From: Parcubacteria group bacterium
Lineage (GTDB): Bacteria; Patescibacteriota; Patescibacteriia; UBA9934; GWF2-40-263
Reading direction: 5' to 3'
Length of the DNA stretch: 64,000 nt
NCBI GenBank assembly: GCA_013204395.1
Contig: JABMNZ010000003.1
Location: 13,570 to 77,569, forward strand
In this document: positions 9,623 through 19,051 of the stretch, piece by piece
How positions within the stretch are numbered: the first letter of the stretch is position 1
How the letters are laid out: each line of letters opens with the position of its first letter
Program-made: the position numbers and the translations under genes
The notes under the pieces: model-generated
What the model saw: only the letters and a program-made list of their open reading frames with translations
Databases searched by the model: none
Told to the model about the DNA's origin: nothing

Positions 9623-11815
9623 ATGAATATCAAAGCATCGAGATACGAACCCACGAGCCCAGAAGAAAAGATTCGTGGCACATCAGTCCTACTTCCGGTC
9701 TCTGATCGGGGAGGTTTTGTGTTCATGGTGGCCTACACAAAAAAGGAAAACGACGACACAGAGCTTCTGCTGGAAACTCTTATTGATCAAACACATCGCC
9801 TGGCAAGCTCATTTGGGAAAGAGTCAAATCCTCAACATCGCTTTGAACAATTTCTTGGCGCGTTGAATGAGACTCTTTCAGAAAATGTACGTGAGGGGCG
9901 TTGGTCTGTTCCGATTGATCAATTGCACGCAATGGTTGGCATTATATCAGGTGGCCAAATGTTCCTCTCAGGAACAGGAGAGCTCACGGCTCTTTTTCTT
10001 CACAAGAAACCCTCACAAAGATATCAGATTTTTAATCTCTTTCGTGGAATACAAACAGAACAATCTTTACCAACATGGGAAAAGCCGTTTGCTGTAGTCC
10101 TTGACGGAGATTTACATAACGGAGATGTCTTCTGTGTTTCAGACAAAGATCTTCAAACAACCATCGAACCAGACGAGCTTAATGGAATCCTCTCATCTCT
10201 CCCCCCTGTAAGTGCCGTTGAAAAAATTCGACAATACTTTTCTCATAAGGAAGCATTGCTTCTAGTGGTCATTAAAATGGATGATCAAACAAACAACAGC
10301 TACGCCGCATCCACACATGCTGTTACTAGAGCAGACAAATCTGTTGATGAACTCATGGACACACAGGCAACAACAGACAGGTTTCTTGAAGATCAAAGTC
10401 CAAGCATCTCAACCGCCATACGCCGTGTAACACAATGGATCAAGGTTAAAACACAATCAAAATCAAGAGTTCTCAGAGACATAAACACCAACGGATCATT
10501 TGCAACAACCCTGCGTAGAATTGGTCGTTCTGCACTCCGTGTGCTTCTATTTTTGGCAAAACGCTCAATGAAACATGCAAAACAGGCATTTCATGCTCTC
10601 AGAAAAAAGGAGACTCGTGATCACATAAAACGACAGGTTCTCTCAGGAGGTGGCGCAAAAAACCGCGTTCAATCAATTCTTCATTCAACAAAACAAATTC
10701 CACGATCAACACAGTTTCTTGTTATTGGAATAATTGCCGCAGTGATCATTCTCGCCTTTGGTGTCACAACCATATCCAAATCTCAGGCACGTTCTGCCGA
10801 GGAAGATCTTTACCAAAAAAGTCTTGCCACCATCGAAGACACCATCGAGCGCGCATCAAGTGCAGTTATCTATAAGGATGAAGATCAGGCGCGCACACTC
10901 TTTCTCAATGCCCAAACCCTTATAGAAAATCTCCCAATCAACACACCTGAACGTGCGGAAAAATCGGTTGAGCTTATTACAGACATTCAATCAGCCATGG
11001 ATGACATTAGACATCTTGTCACGATCCCAAACCCTCCACTGCTCGCAGACTTGGCCACAGTGACAGATGGCGTATTTGGAAATGCCATTGTTCAAACCTC
11101 AAACTCACTTTACACATTCGCTTCCGATGGACGCGTCTACACACTAAACAGATCACAAAAAACTTTCGAGGCGATCTCTGAGACGACAGAATCAGGAAGT
11201 GTTGCGAGGGAAGTCACGCAAGAAGATGATAAAATTTATCTCTTGGACACCATTGGTGAAATCTATAGTGTCACCTCCGGTGAGGTAAACAGTGCGGGGC
11301 TTATTGATACTAGCTGGGTAGACTTACAAGCTTACGCCGACCGACTCTATCTTCTGCGACCATCCTTAAACGGCCAAGAGGGTCAGGTAGTAAGATACAC
11401 TCGAAATGGTAGCGACTTTACATCTGAAAGCAACTGGATCACTTCTCGCACAGTCTCATTTGATAACGCCGTTTCCTTGACTATCGATGGAACGGTGTAC
11501 GTACTCATGAAAAATGGCTCTATTTCACGATTCACTAGCGGAAGTGAAGATGGTTGGAGTGCTGGAACCGTTGAGCCACGCATAACAAATGCGACCGATA
11601 TTTGGACAGGGCCTGATTCTTCCTACATCTATGTTCTTGAACCAGACTCTCAAAGACTCATCGTTTTTGATAAAGCGTCTGGAGAATTCCTGGTTCAATA
11701 CTCTTCAAGCGCTTTCACAAATCTTTCAGATTTCACCGTCGACGAATCTGACTACACCATTTATCTTCTATCTGGCTCAAAGCTCTACAGCATTGCCACC
11801 TCACATATACAATAA
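9623..11815 (+). CDS. Hypothetical single-pass membrane protein: N-terminal PP2C-like region and C-terminal beta-propeller-like region
   Basis: Central TM (FLVIGIIAAVIILAFGV); repeated YVL/IYLL strands with D-G turns in the C-terminus; GDLHNGDVFCVS in the N-terminus; start trimmed to ATG 9623. Confidence 0.6.
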   Translation: MNIKASRYEPTSPEEKIRGTSVLLPVSDRGGFVFMVAYTKKENDDTELLLETLIDQTHRLASSFGKESNPQHRFEQFLGALNETLSENVREGRWSVPIDQLHAMVGIISGGQMFLSGTGELTALFLHKKPSQRYQIFNLFRGIQTEQSLPTWEKPFAVVLDGDLHNGDVFCVSDKDLQTTIEPDELNGILSSLPPVSAVEKIRQYFSHKEALLLVVIKMDDQTNNSYAASTHAVTRADKSVDELMDTQATTDRFLEDQSPSISTAIRRVTQWIKVKTQSKSRVLRDINTNGSFATTLRRIGRSALRVLLFLAKRSMKHAKQAFHALRKKETRDHIKRQVLSGGGAKNRVQSILHSTKQIPRSTQFLVIGIIAAVIILAFGVTTISKSQARSAEEDLYQKSLATIEDTIERASSAVIYKDEDQARTLFLNAQTLIENLPINTPERAEKSVELITDIQSAMDDIRHLVTIPNPPLLADLATVTDGVFGNAIVQTSNSLYTFASDGRVYTLNRSQKTFEAISETTESGSVAREVTQEDDKIYLLDTIGEIYSVTSGEVNSAGLIDTSWVDLQAYADRLYLLRPSLNGQEGQVVRYTRNGSDFTSESNWITSRTVSFDNAVSLTIDGTVYVLMKNGSISRFTSGSEDGWSAGTVEPRITNATDIWTGPDSSYIYVLEPDSQRLIVFDKASGEFLVQYSSSAFTNLSDFTVDESDYTIYLLSGSKLYSIATSHIQ

Positions 11816-11816
11816 T

Positions 11817-12212
11817 ATGAAGACAAGAACTCATCATTTACTAGCCATAGGTATTGCTGTGGTTGTCGTAGCACTACTTGTAATCCTTCCAAGAGGCTCC
11901 CAACCTAATTCCACAACTCAAACCAGTAGCCTAGACGGAACATGGTATATCCAATGGGTTGGCAATGAAGGAGAGATAGTCTGGATGCAGTACGACATTC
12001 TAACCCCAAACTACACCGTCACGGCCTCTCATGGATACCTAGAGGAAGGAACCTATGTCTTGATCAAAGGAGCCATCGACAGATCGATGGTGATCGAAAA
12101 AACTTGGACCAATGCTCTTGGCGAGCAAACCTACGAGCTCACAATTGTGCCAAATGAAGATTTTACGACTATCACGTTTGACGGCGTGACTCTCACAAAA
12201 ATCGAGAAGTAA
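11817..12212 (+). CDS. Hypothetical membrane-anchored/secreted protein
   Basis: ATG 11817 directly after the upstream stop; N-terminal hydrophobic helix; LDGTWY. Confidence 0.7.
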   Translation: MKTRTHHLLAIGIAVVVVALLVILPRGSQPNSTTQTSSLDGTWYIQWVGNEGEIVWMQYDILTPNYTVTASHGYLEEGTYVLIKGAIDRSMVIEKTWTNALGEQTYELTIVPNEDFTTITFDGVTLTKIEK

Positions 12213-12217
12213 AAAAC

Positions 12218-12249
12218 AAAACACCCTCGACATTCGCCGAGGGTGTTTT
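12218..12249. terminator. Bidirectional intrinsic terminator
   Basis: AAAACACCCTCG-N8-CGAGGGTGTTTT between convergent genes. Confidence 0.8.
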
Positions 12250-12260
12250 AGTTGCTTTGC

Positions 12261-12710
12261 TTATTTTAGGTTCACTGCGCCACCGGCGTCCTCGATATCC
12301 TTCTTCATCTGTTCTGCTTCAGCCTTTGGTACTGCTTCTTTTACCATTGTCGGAGCAGCGTCAACGATAGCCTTTGCCTCCTTAAGACCCTCACCAGTAA
12401 TGGTTCGAACAGCCTTGATTACAGCAATCTTGTTGTCTCCAGAACTTGCTAGCTCAACATCAAACTCAGTCTTCTCTTCTACTTCAGCACCGGCAGCAGC
12501 TGGTCCAGCAGCCATCATCATGGCTGGAGCTGAAGCACTGACACCAAACTTTTCTTCTAGCACCTTAACGAGCTCTGCAAGGTCCAATACTGACATCTGC
12601 TCAACTGACTCAACAAGAGCCTTGAACTTTGATGGAACCTCTGCGGACTTTTCCTCAGCAGCAGGAGCGTCTACGACAGTCTCCTCAGCTACAGTTGTTT
12701 CTTCTGACAT
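12261..12710 (-). CDS. rplL: 50S ribosomal protein L7/L12
   Basis: [32 protein letters not shown]. Confidence 0.97.
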   Translation of the reverse strand: MSEETTVAEETVVDAPAAEEKSAEVPSKFKALVESVEQMSVLDLAELVKVLEEKFGVSASAPAMMMAAGPAAAGAEVEEKTEFDVELASSGDNKIAVIKAVRTITGEGLKEAKAIVDAAPTMVKEAVPKAEAEQMKKDIEDAGGAVNLK

Positions 12711-12731
12711 AATTGTATCGATTAGAACGAA

Positions 12732-13253
12732 TTAACTCTTTGCCTCCTTAACGGCACTTAGTACGTAGACCAGAGCTCGCAAATTACCCGCAAGGACATT
12801 TACGAATCCGGAGATTGGAGCATTGATTGTACCCACCAACTTGGCAAGCAACTCATCTCTGCTAGGCAAGGTTGAGAGCTGCATAACAGCAGCTGAATCT
12901 ACAAACTTTCCTTCCAAAATACCTCCGACAAGACTAATCCCATCTCGGTCCTTAGCGTACTCAGCCATCATCTTCGCAGCAGAGACTTCATCATTGAATC
13001 CGAAGCTGGTTAGAATAGATCCTTGTAAGTCGTCTTTACCGACCTTGAATCCATTTTCTTCCAGAGCGCGGACCAAGAGAGTCTTCTTGGCAACAATCAG
13101 CTCAACTCCTTGTTCACGACCCTTTGCACGAAGATCATTAGCGTCATCCATTGTGTAACCTGACACAGATGTAAACACCGCAGATTTCATGCTAGAGAGC
13201 CTCTTGGAAAGATCAGCAATGATCTCTTCCTTCTCATTACGTGTTTTTGGCAT
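12732..13253 (-). CDS. rplJ: 50S ribosomal protein L10
   Basis: VAKKTLL, LSTLPSRDELLAKLVG; start trimmed to MPKTR at 13253; upstream of rplL. Confidence 0.95.
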   Translation of the reverse strand: MPKTRNEKEEIIADLSKRLSSMKSAVFTSVSGYTMDDANDLRAKGREQGVELIVAKKTLLVRALEENGFKVGKDDLQGSILTSFGFNDEVSAAKMMAEYAKDRDGISLVGGILEGKFVDSAAVMQLSTLPSRDELLAKLVGTINAPISGFVNVLAGNLRALVYVLSAVKEAKS

Positions 13254-13323
13254 AAAAAATATTCGACCTTTAATTAAAAACTGCAGACTCGCGCCGCAGT
13301 AGAAAAAAGGTCGAAACCTTTTA

Positions 13324-13365
13324 CCTCGACGGGACTTATGCTCGGAAGCAACCCGTTGTCTACGG
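13324..13365 (-). promoter_or_regulatory. L10 leader-like autoregulatory RNA
   Basis: Minus strand CCGTAGACAACGGG-loop-TAAGTCCCGTCGAGG resembles the L10-leader kink-turn pattern and sits in the rplJ 5' UTR. Confidence 0.75.
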
Positions 13366-13385
13366 CAAATCTTTAGTTCGATGAG

Positions 13386-13414
13386 ATAATAAAGGATCCG
13401 ACGGGGCATGTCAA
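13386..13414 (-). promoter_or_regulatory. Sigma70-type promoter of rplJL
   Basis: TTGACA-17 nt-TATTAT on the minus strand. Confidence 0.7.
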
Positions 13415-13420
13415 GATAAG

Positions 13421-13458
13421 AAAAAGCAGCCTGCGTCAAGGCTGCGCGTTGAGAGCTA
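13421..13458 (-). repeat. 38-bp direct repeat, copy 1 (stop codon plus intrinsic terminator)
   Basis: AAAAAGCAGCCTGCGTCAAGGCTGCGCGTTGAGAGCTA, identical to 14056-14093. Confidence 0.95.
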
Positions 13459-14013
13459 ACTCTCCTGGCGATCAACGTTGGACACCGTCACAATCTCACC
13501 AGACAGAAAGCATTGCGCGGCGGCCGTACCTCCTCTGAATGGGCTACGAACACCATTCCCGACCCAGTGACCAGCGAAGAAGCTTCCACTTGGACAGCAC
13601 TCCGACCCCATGCAACCGACGAAACCCTGCTGCACCTGCGTAACCATCCCCATGTCGAAGTCCTTAGGGAGCTGGCCCGGAATGTAGCAACTCACGGGGT
13701 CTCCCGGGAAGATGGCATCGCCGCAGTAGGAGCAGACAATCGCCTCCTTGAAGTACTCTGAATGAGCACACAAGATGCACTCCTTCCGCAAAAAACGATG
13801 AACCCAGAGTGGCAGCCACGCCTGCCACAACTTGAACGTGGGCCTACTCTCGTTCAACTTCCGATCGCCCAACATCAGATTCTCGAGCTGGTGCACCCTG
13901 TGGTTACATCCTGCCGTGAGAAACGGTTGCTCACCGTCCTTGGCCACCACCCTGAATGAAAGTGGTGGCGGGCGCCTCACTACCGGAATCAATGAAACCT
14001 GTTCTTCTGCCAT
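13456..14013 (-). CDS. Orphan Cys-rich hypothetical protein
   Basis: AGGAG SD before ATG 14013; CILC, CSYC and CMGSECC motifs; followed by a terminator. Confidence 0.7.
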   Translation of the reverse strand: MAEEQVSLIPVVRRPPPLSFRVVAKDGEQPFLTAGCNHRVHQLENLMLGDRKLNESRPTFKLWQAWLPLWVHRFLRKECILCAHSEYFKEAIVCSYCGDAIFPGDPVSCYIPGQLPKDFDMGMVTQVQQGFVGCMGSECCPSGSFFAGHWVGNGVRSPFRGGTAAAQCFLSGEIVTVSNVDRQES

Positions 14014-14055
14014 GGGTACTCTCCTAGATAAACGAGTGCCAAACAATCATGAAAT

Positions 14056-14093
14056 AAAAAGCAGCCTGCGTCAAGGCTGCGCGTTGAGAGCTA
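14056..14093 (-). repeat. 38-bp direct repeat, copy 2 (stop codon plus intrinsic terminator)
   Basis: Identical to 13421-13458. Confidence 0.95.
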
Positions 14094-14720
14094 GATGTTG
14101 CTCAGACTTCCCCGGCCGGCTTCTTGCCTCTTGGTACGCACCTCGTAGTACGTCATGAAGGCGAGTGTCAGCGAGATGGAGATGATCCCGCGAATCACGT
14201 AGATGGTCGCGAGAAGATTCCCTTCGTGTAGCGATGGAACGAGTCCAACACCGTGAGCTGCCAGGACCAGCAGCCAAGCGGTGAACGATTCGGTGTTCCG
14301 CTTTTCTTTGATCATGGTGTGGTACATGGGGATGGTTCCCGCCTCTATGAGCACCTGTGCGAACAGGCTTGAATGCCAGAGATCACCAGAGATGACCGCG
14401 TAGGCCACCCCAAGCCCTGCCGCCAGCAGGTAGTACTTTTCCCAGGGACGAAATCGCAGTGTGCGATCTCCCCACACCAGGATCGAGATGATCACGATCA
14501 GCACCACGAGCAGGTCAACCACGTTGTTGACCCCACTGGTGATGTCCCAGTCTTCCTGAAGCAGGTAGCTCAGCAAGCTCCCGCCAACGCCGACCAGGAA
14601 CAGAATCCACATCGATAGCGTTGGAGTGATCTCCTTACGCCAGATCTGATAGACATACCGCAGGGCAAAGATGAGCATGATGCCCACCACAACCCAGGCA
14701 CAGATCTCTTTTAGATGCAT
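14091..14720 (-). CDS. Multi-pass membrane protein (PQ-loop-like)
   Basis: About 7 hydrophobic helices; ITP...SMW and TES...AW motifs; SD GAAAGG/AAGGT upstream. Confidence 0.7.
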   Translation of the reverse strand: MHLKEICAWVVVGIMLIFALRYVYQIWRKEITPTLSMWILFLVGVGGSLLSYLLQEDWDITSGVNNVVDLLVVLIVIISILVWGDRTLRFRPWEKYYLLAAGLGVAYAVISGDLWHSSLFAQVLIEAGTIPMYHTMIKEKRNTESFTAWLLVLAAHGVGLVPSLHEGNLLATIYVIRGIISISLTLAFMTYYEVRTKRQEAGRGSLSNI

Positions 14721-14812
14721 GACACCTTTTCCTTTCGAGCTTGTCCTAGATTACCCAGGAACAACAAAACATGCCCTATAAAGGGCATGTTGTCAATGTT
14801 CTATCATCCTTC

Positions 14813-15535
14813 TTAAGCAATAACGGTTCCTATAAATCGCTCTCCTTTCAGCAAAGCATCAAGGTTCTCCATGTTCTTTCCGTTCAAGATGGCCACTTTG
14901 ATTCCACCGGTATGTGCCAGCCTCGATGCCACAGGATCAAACGGTGCGCTCATACCAGGATCCCACTCATTGCCAACCATCTTTCGGAAATCCTTCCAGG
15001 TTATGTCGCAGATTTGCTTTGCATTTTTATGCTTGTTTGGATCCTTGTCGTAAACGTAATCAATATTAGACAGATTGATGACCACCTTAGCCTTGAGCCT
15101 CTTGGCAATGCGTGTAGCCACGTAATCCGTTGACCAACCAGGCTTCCAACCCGCAGCCACCATGACGGGCTGCTTCCATCCTCGGATCGGTCTACTTGGA
15201 TCCTTGAGCATAACCGGATGGGCAACGTCACGCAGAACTGTCCTGACCAAGTGCCCATTCAATCGGGTTGCGTGAATCCCCAACCAGTCCAAGTCATCCC
15301 GAGTGAGCTTCCCCACCTTACGAGCGGCCTCCTGATAATGGCGAGCCGTTCCTCCACCACCGACCACAATCACAAACCTCCAATCTCGTTTAATGTGTTT
15401 GACGATCAACTTTTTTAAATCTTTAAGGAACTGATGATCAATTCCCCCATTGGGAACAACTAATGATCCCCCCACGGAAACGACAAGTGTCGATGGTGTC
15501 AGTGAATTGGTATGCGTCATAAAAAGAGCGCCCAT
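14813..15535 (-). CDS. pyrH: UMP kinase, archaeal type
   Basis: VSVGGSL, VVGGGGTAR, DWLGIHATRLN, PGWSTDYVA, YDKDP, PFDPVA. Confidence 0.92.
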   Translation of the reverse strand: MGALFMTHTNSLTPSTLVVSVGGSLVVPNGGIDHQFLKDLKKLIVKHIKRDWRFVIVVGGGGTARHYQEAARKVGKLTRDDLDWLGIHATRLNGHLVRTVLRDVAHPVMLKDPSRPIRGWKQPVMVAAGWKPGWSTDYVATRIAKRLKAKVVINLSNIDYVYDKDPNKHKNAKQICDITWKDFRKMVGNEWDPGMSAPFDPVASRLAHTGGIKVAILNGKNMENLDALLKGERFIGTVIA

Positions 15536-15549
15536 GAGGCGCTAATTGA

Positions 15550-15903
15550 TTACGAATTTTTTGATTGTTTAATAAGCCAGTTCGTTGCAAGTGAGATCAC
15601 CCACAACATAAGCGCCGCCAGCAGTGCGGGGACAAACCCATCAACCACAAACCCTTCTACAATCGTGGCAACCAGCCAAATCATTAAAGCATTAATGACA
15701 AATGTGAACAGACCCAAGGTTACAATAGTGACAGGAAGCGTGAGAATGAAGAACAGTGGACGCACCAAAGCGTTTACAAGTCCGAGAACCAATGCGGCGA
15801 TGAGCGCGTTATAAAACGTCGCAACACCAAAACCAGGCACTACATTTGCAACAACCAGGAGGGCTATAGCATTTATGATCCATCTAAAAAGTATGTATGG
15901 CAT
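15550..15903 (-). CDS. 4-TM membrane protein (phage holin family/YvlD-like)
   Basis: LGLVNALVRP, LTLPVTIVTLGLFTFVINALM. Confidence 0.85.
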   Translation of the reverse strand: MPYILFRWIINAIALLVVANVVPGFGVATFYNALIAALVLGLVNALVRPLFFILTLPVTIVTLGLFTFVINALMIWLVATIVEGFVVDGFVPALLAALMLWVISLATNWLIKQSKNS

Positions 15904-15906
15904 AAC

Positions 15907-16113
15907 TTAGACGGCAAACTTTTCTTTAATGTCATTCACTTTGTTCTCAACCTCAGAGAGCTTCTCCTTCAATTCTCCGGCCAACTCCAATCCACGCTCA
16001 AACTGCTTAAGTCCTTTATCTAGATCTAGATTTTCCTCAGAATCAAACCACTGCGTGATTTGCTCAAGTTCTTCAAAGGCTTTTGCAAAATTTACTTCTT
16101 TCTTTTTCGTCAT
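15907..16113 (-). CDS. xseB: Exodeoxyribonuclease VII small subunit
   Basis: FEELEQI, LDKGLKQFERG; adjacent to xseA. Confidence 0.9.
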   Translation of the reverse strand: MTKKKEVNFAKAFEELEQITQWFDSEENLDLDKGLKQFERGLELAGELKEKLSEVENKVNDIKEKFAV

Positions 16114-17318
16114 ACCAATTTCTGTTGTCCCTTTCCATTTACGCTTTTTACTTCTGCTTCAAATGATCCTGCGGCCAATTGTACACCAACGTGTGTGCCC
16201 ACACCAACCTTTGATGCATCGGTCAAAACAGCCCCATCAACCGTCACGAGGCTGTATCCACGTGCAAGAACCCGCTTTGGATCCACTTGCCTAAGCACGC
16301 GCGCCACCCCCTCAAGTTCTGACCTGATAAGAGGTAACCAGTCCTCCCCCGCAACCATAAGCCTCTCTTGAATAGCCCTAAATCTTTCCTTCTGACGCTC
16401 TAAAATAAATGAAATTGACCCGGTGGCACGTTCAATAACCCGTCCATGGGCCTGGACAACATCAGTGATCCTCTCTTCCATGTGACGTTCCATGGTCTCT
16501 ATTTCGTACTGAACATCAGATCTAGATGGAACGACTCTCTCAGCGGCGTTTGATGGCGTTGACGCACGCACATCAGCCACAAAGTCAGCTAATGATTCGT
16601 CACGCTCATGCCCAACCGCGCACACCACGGGGATGGTCGAAGAAAATACCGCCCTGGCGACCTGTTCATCATTGAATGCATGTAAATCCTCCAAACCACC
16701 TCCACCACGCGTAAGAACAAGAACGTCTGGGCGATCCAACTCAGGCAGTGCGTTAAAGTACGCAAAGGCTCCCACAATATCCTTCACAGCCTCACGACCT
16801 TGAACATGCACATGAGTATGAGAGACCGTCACTCCACCCCACCGATTATTCAGAATTTGTAAAAAGTCCCCAAAGGCAGCGGCGTCTCGTGACGTGATAA
16901 GACCAATGCGCTCAACAAACCTTGGTAGACCACGCTTACGTGATGGATCAAAAAGCCCCTCAGTTTCCAGCTTCTTTTTCAAAAGTTGATAAGCTTGTTG
17001 CAGGGCACCCTCACCCACCGGAGCCACCTCTTGCACGTTCATCTTAAAGGTTCCAAACCGCTCATACACTTTTGGCGATCCAATCACTTGTACCCTCATG
17101 CCGCTTTCAATCTCCACCTTTAACTGCCACTTCGTCATGAAACACTTGAGTACGGCCTCCTCCTGTTCATCCTTTAAATCAAAACTCACCCATTTCCCCT
17201 GGGCGATTCTAAAGTCGGACACCTCCCCTTCAACAACAACTTGCGCAGATGGAATCTGCCCAAGAGCCTGATTTACCAGACCTAGATATTGGCCAACCGA
17301 AAAAACCTGAGCTTCCAT
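16110..17318 (-). CDS. xseA: Exodeoxyribonuclease VII large subunit
   Basis: VEGEVSDF, RGGGGLEDL, AVGHERD, RASTPSNAAE, LARGYS. Confidence 0.95.
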   Translation of the reverse strand: MEAQVFSVGQYLGLVNQALGQIPSAQVVVEGEVSDFRIAQGKWVSFDLKDEQEEAVLKCFMTKWQLKVEIESGMRVQVIGSPKVYERFGTFKMNVQEVAPVGEGALQQAYQLLKKKLETEGLFDPSRKRGLPRFVERIGLITSRDAAAFGDFLQILNNRWGGVTVSHTHVHVQGREAVKDIVGAFAYFNALPELDRPDVLVLTRGGGGLEDLHAFNDEQVARAVFSSTIPVVCAVGHERDESLADFVADVRASTPSNAAERVVPSRSDVQYEIETMERHMEERITDVVQAHGRVIERATGSISFILERQKERFRAIQERLMVAGEDWLPLIRSELEGVARVLRQVDPKRVLARGYSLVTVDGAVLTDASKVGVGTHVGVQLAAGSFEAEVKSVNGKGQQKLV

Positions 17319-17794
17319 TACAGTGGGAGGTTAAAAAATTGAGGTTGATAATACTGAACAAGTAACCACAAACTAACTCCTAGTATGAGATGAGACACGA
17401 GCATCTCCACCCACACATTCTTCCCCTCCTTAACACCAAAGACTCCCATGCCGAGCAAGGGATACAAAACGAATCCCGCCACCACCCAACTCAACACAGC
17501 GTAAACTAATAGGGAATAAATTGTATAAGGAGCATCGGTCACAAAAAGCCACCCCTGAGTCACAAAAACTACATAGATAAAACCAAACAAGAAACCTAGA
17601 ATCAGATGAAGCAACAAGCCAATAAAGAAGACTTCATGCTTATGCTTTATCTTGATACCAAAAATAGTCTTGATATCAACAAGGAGTGGAACATTCTTTA
17701 CTTTTCCACGCTCAACAATCTCAAGCACAATCGCTGGCAACGAAAAAAAGAATGCTACCAACCCTCCCAATGCTCCGCCAAGTAAGTAGTCCAT
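17318..17794 (-). CDS. Hypothetical membrane protein
   Basis: Four hydrophobic segments; operon packing. Confidence 0.75.
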   Translation of the reverse strand: MDYLLGGALGGLVAFFFSLPAIVLEIVERGKVKNVPLLVDIKTIFGIKIKHKHEVFFIGLLLHLILGFLFGFIYVVFVTQGWLFVTDAPYTIYSLLVYAVLSWVVAGFVLYPLLGMGVFGVKEGKNVWVEMLVSHLILGVSLWLLVQYYQPQFFNLPL

Positions 17795-17795
17795 A

Positions 17796-18728
17796 TTACG
17801 GATAAATAACTAAAGCAACTTTTCTTCCATCAGTAATCTCCTCTCCACCATTCCAATCGTGCATGGCATAGAGGATCGTGTCAAAGTCATAGAGGAACGC
17901 TTCCCCCCTATAGGTACCTGGATCGTTCACTATAAACTGCCCAGCTTCTGTGTATCCACGAATCACCAACATATGATAAATCGGGCCTGGCGCTGTGAAA
18001 TATGGATTGTTCAAGAGTCTGCCGCCAGCTGGAATGATCACAGGGCGACCTGCCGCCAAGTGAGTTTTAATCTGATCTACCGTTGGATCAACCATTAGCT
18101 CATATGTACGTCCAAACATAAGTTCGGCGAACATCCCAGTCTGCAGTGCGGTTGTGTCTTCGTAAAAACCAAAAAGCTCGTTTTCAAAATCAACAATAGA
18201 AAGAATGGCTTCATCGGCCTTACTTGCTTCAATCAAACCCTCAGGCTCACCCTCGAAGTATCGCTCAACCATGTACACACTCGCCTCTTCACATCCCTCC
18301 TGATACGGCTCTCCCCATGTTCCGTTTGGAGCCTGAGGGGTAAATGGAACCGCAAGATTAATTGAAAGTGGTAATAGATCTTCCTTTTCCTCTTCAACAA
18401 CAATCTCTTCTTCGATTACTCCAGACGCATCGATCAGTTCACCATCAACTTCATCAATAACAATCACCTCTGTTACATCTACCTCAACGGCATCAACAAC
18501 ATCTTCTTCAAGAACTGCAAGATCTTCAACTACTTCTACCTCAGTCTGATCCTCTTCTTCGATCAAAGATTCATTCTCAACAACTTGTTCAAATGTAACT
18601 GACACTGGCAGCTCAGGAAGACTCGCCGTCGCCCACCAATCCATCACCGCCACCCTATTCAAATATAGCGCTGCTCCCAGCGCTATCATCACAATAAGAA
18701 ATTCTACAAATAGTTTTATACCCCTCAT
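17796..18728 (-). CDS. C39-like peptidase domain protein, membrane-anchored
   Basis: VPFTPQAP...CEEAS, HMLVIRGY, NDPG; acidic linker. Confidence 0.85.
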   Translation of the reverse strand: MRGIKLFVEFLIVMIALGAALYLNRVAVMDWWATASLPELPVSVTFEQVVENESLIEEEDQTEVEVVEDLAVLEEDVVDAVEVDVTEVIVIDEVDGELIDASGVIEEEIVVEEEKEDLLPLSINLAVPFTPQAPNGTWGEPYQEGCEEASVYMVERYFEGEPEGLIEASKADEAILSIVDFENELFGFYEDTTALQTGMFAELMFGRTYELMVDPTVDQIKTHLAAGRPVIIPAGGRLLNNPYFTAPGPIYHMLVIRGYTEAGQFIVNDPGTYRGEAFLYDFDTILYAMHDWNGGEEITDGRKVALVIYP

Positions 18729-19051
18729 ACCGGCTCACAAATGCCAACCTCTTCAATAAAATCAGTACAGACATGCTCTGCGGGACACTCTTCATCTGAT
18801 ACACACTCGCAATATTCTGCACAAACCGTCACGCACACATCCGCGTCCTGACCGCGACAAGCACTTCCACAATCATTCCAGGCCCCACCAGCATCCTGGC
18901 ACGAACCAGAAGTGAGTGCCCCAGCTTCAATAGGCCGCTCTTCAAGCAGGACTTCTTCGTCGACAACTATCTCAGCTGTAACAGGTGTCTCCGTGGCTGT
19001 ACAACCAGCGCCCAACAAAACCATCGCTAATATTAATCCTGACCACTTCAT
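18725..19051 (-). CDS. Cys-rich lipoprotein
   Basis: Lipobox LLGAGC; C-terminal multi-Cys domain. Confidence 0.75.
   Translation of the reverse strand: MKWSGLILAMVLLGAGCTATETPVTAEIVVDEEVLLEERPIEAGALTSGSCQDAGGAWNDCGSACRGQDADVCVTVCAEYCECVSDEECPAEHVCTDFIEEVGICEPV

Noticed and set aside
15550-15903. Prophage, suggested by the holin-family gene
   Set aside because: This 4-TM family is commonly chromosomal; no other phage genes are in the window
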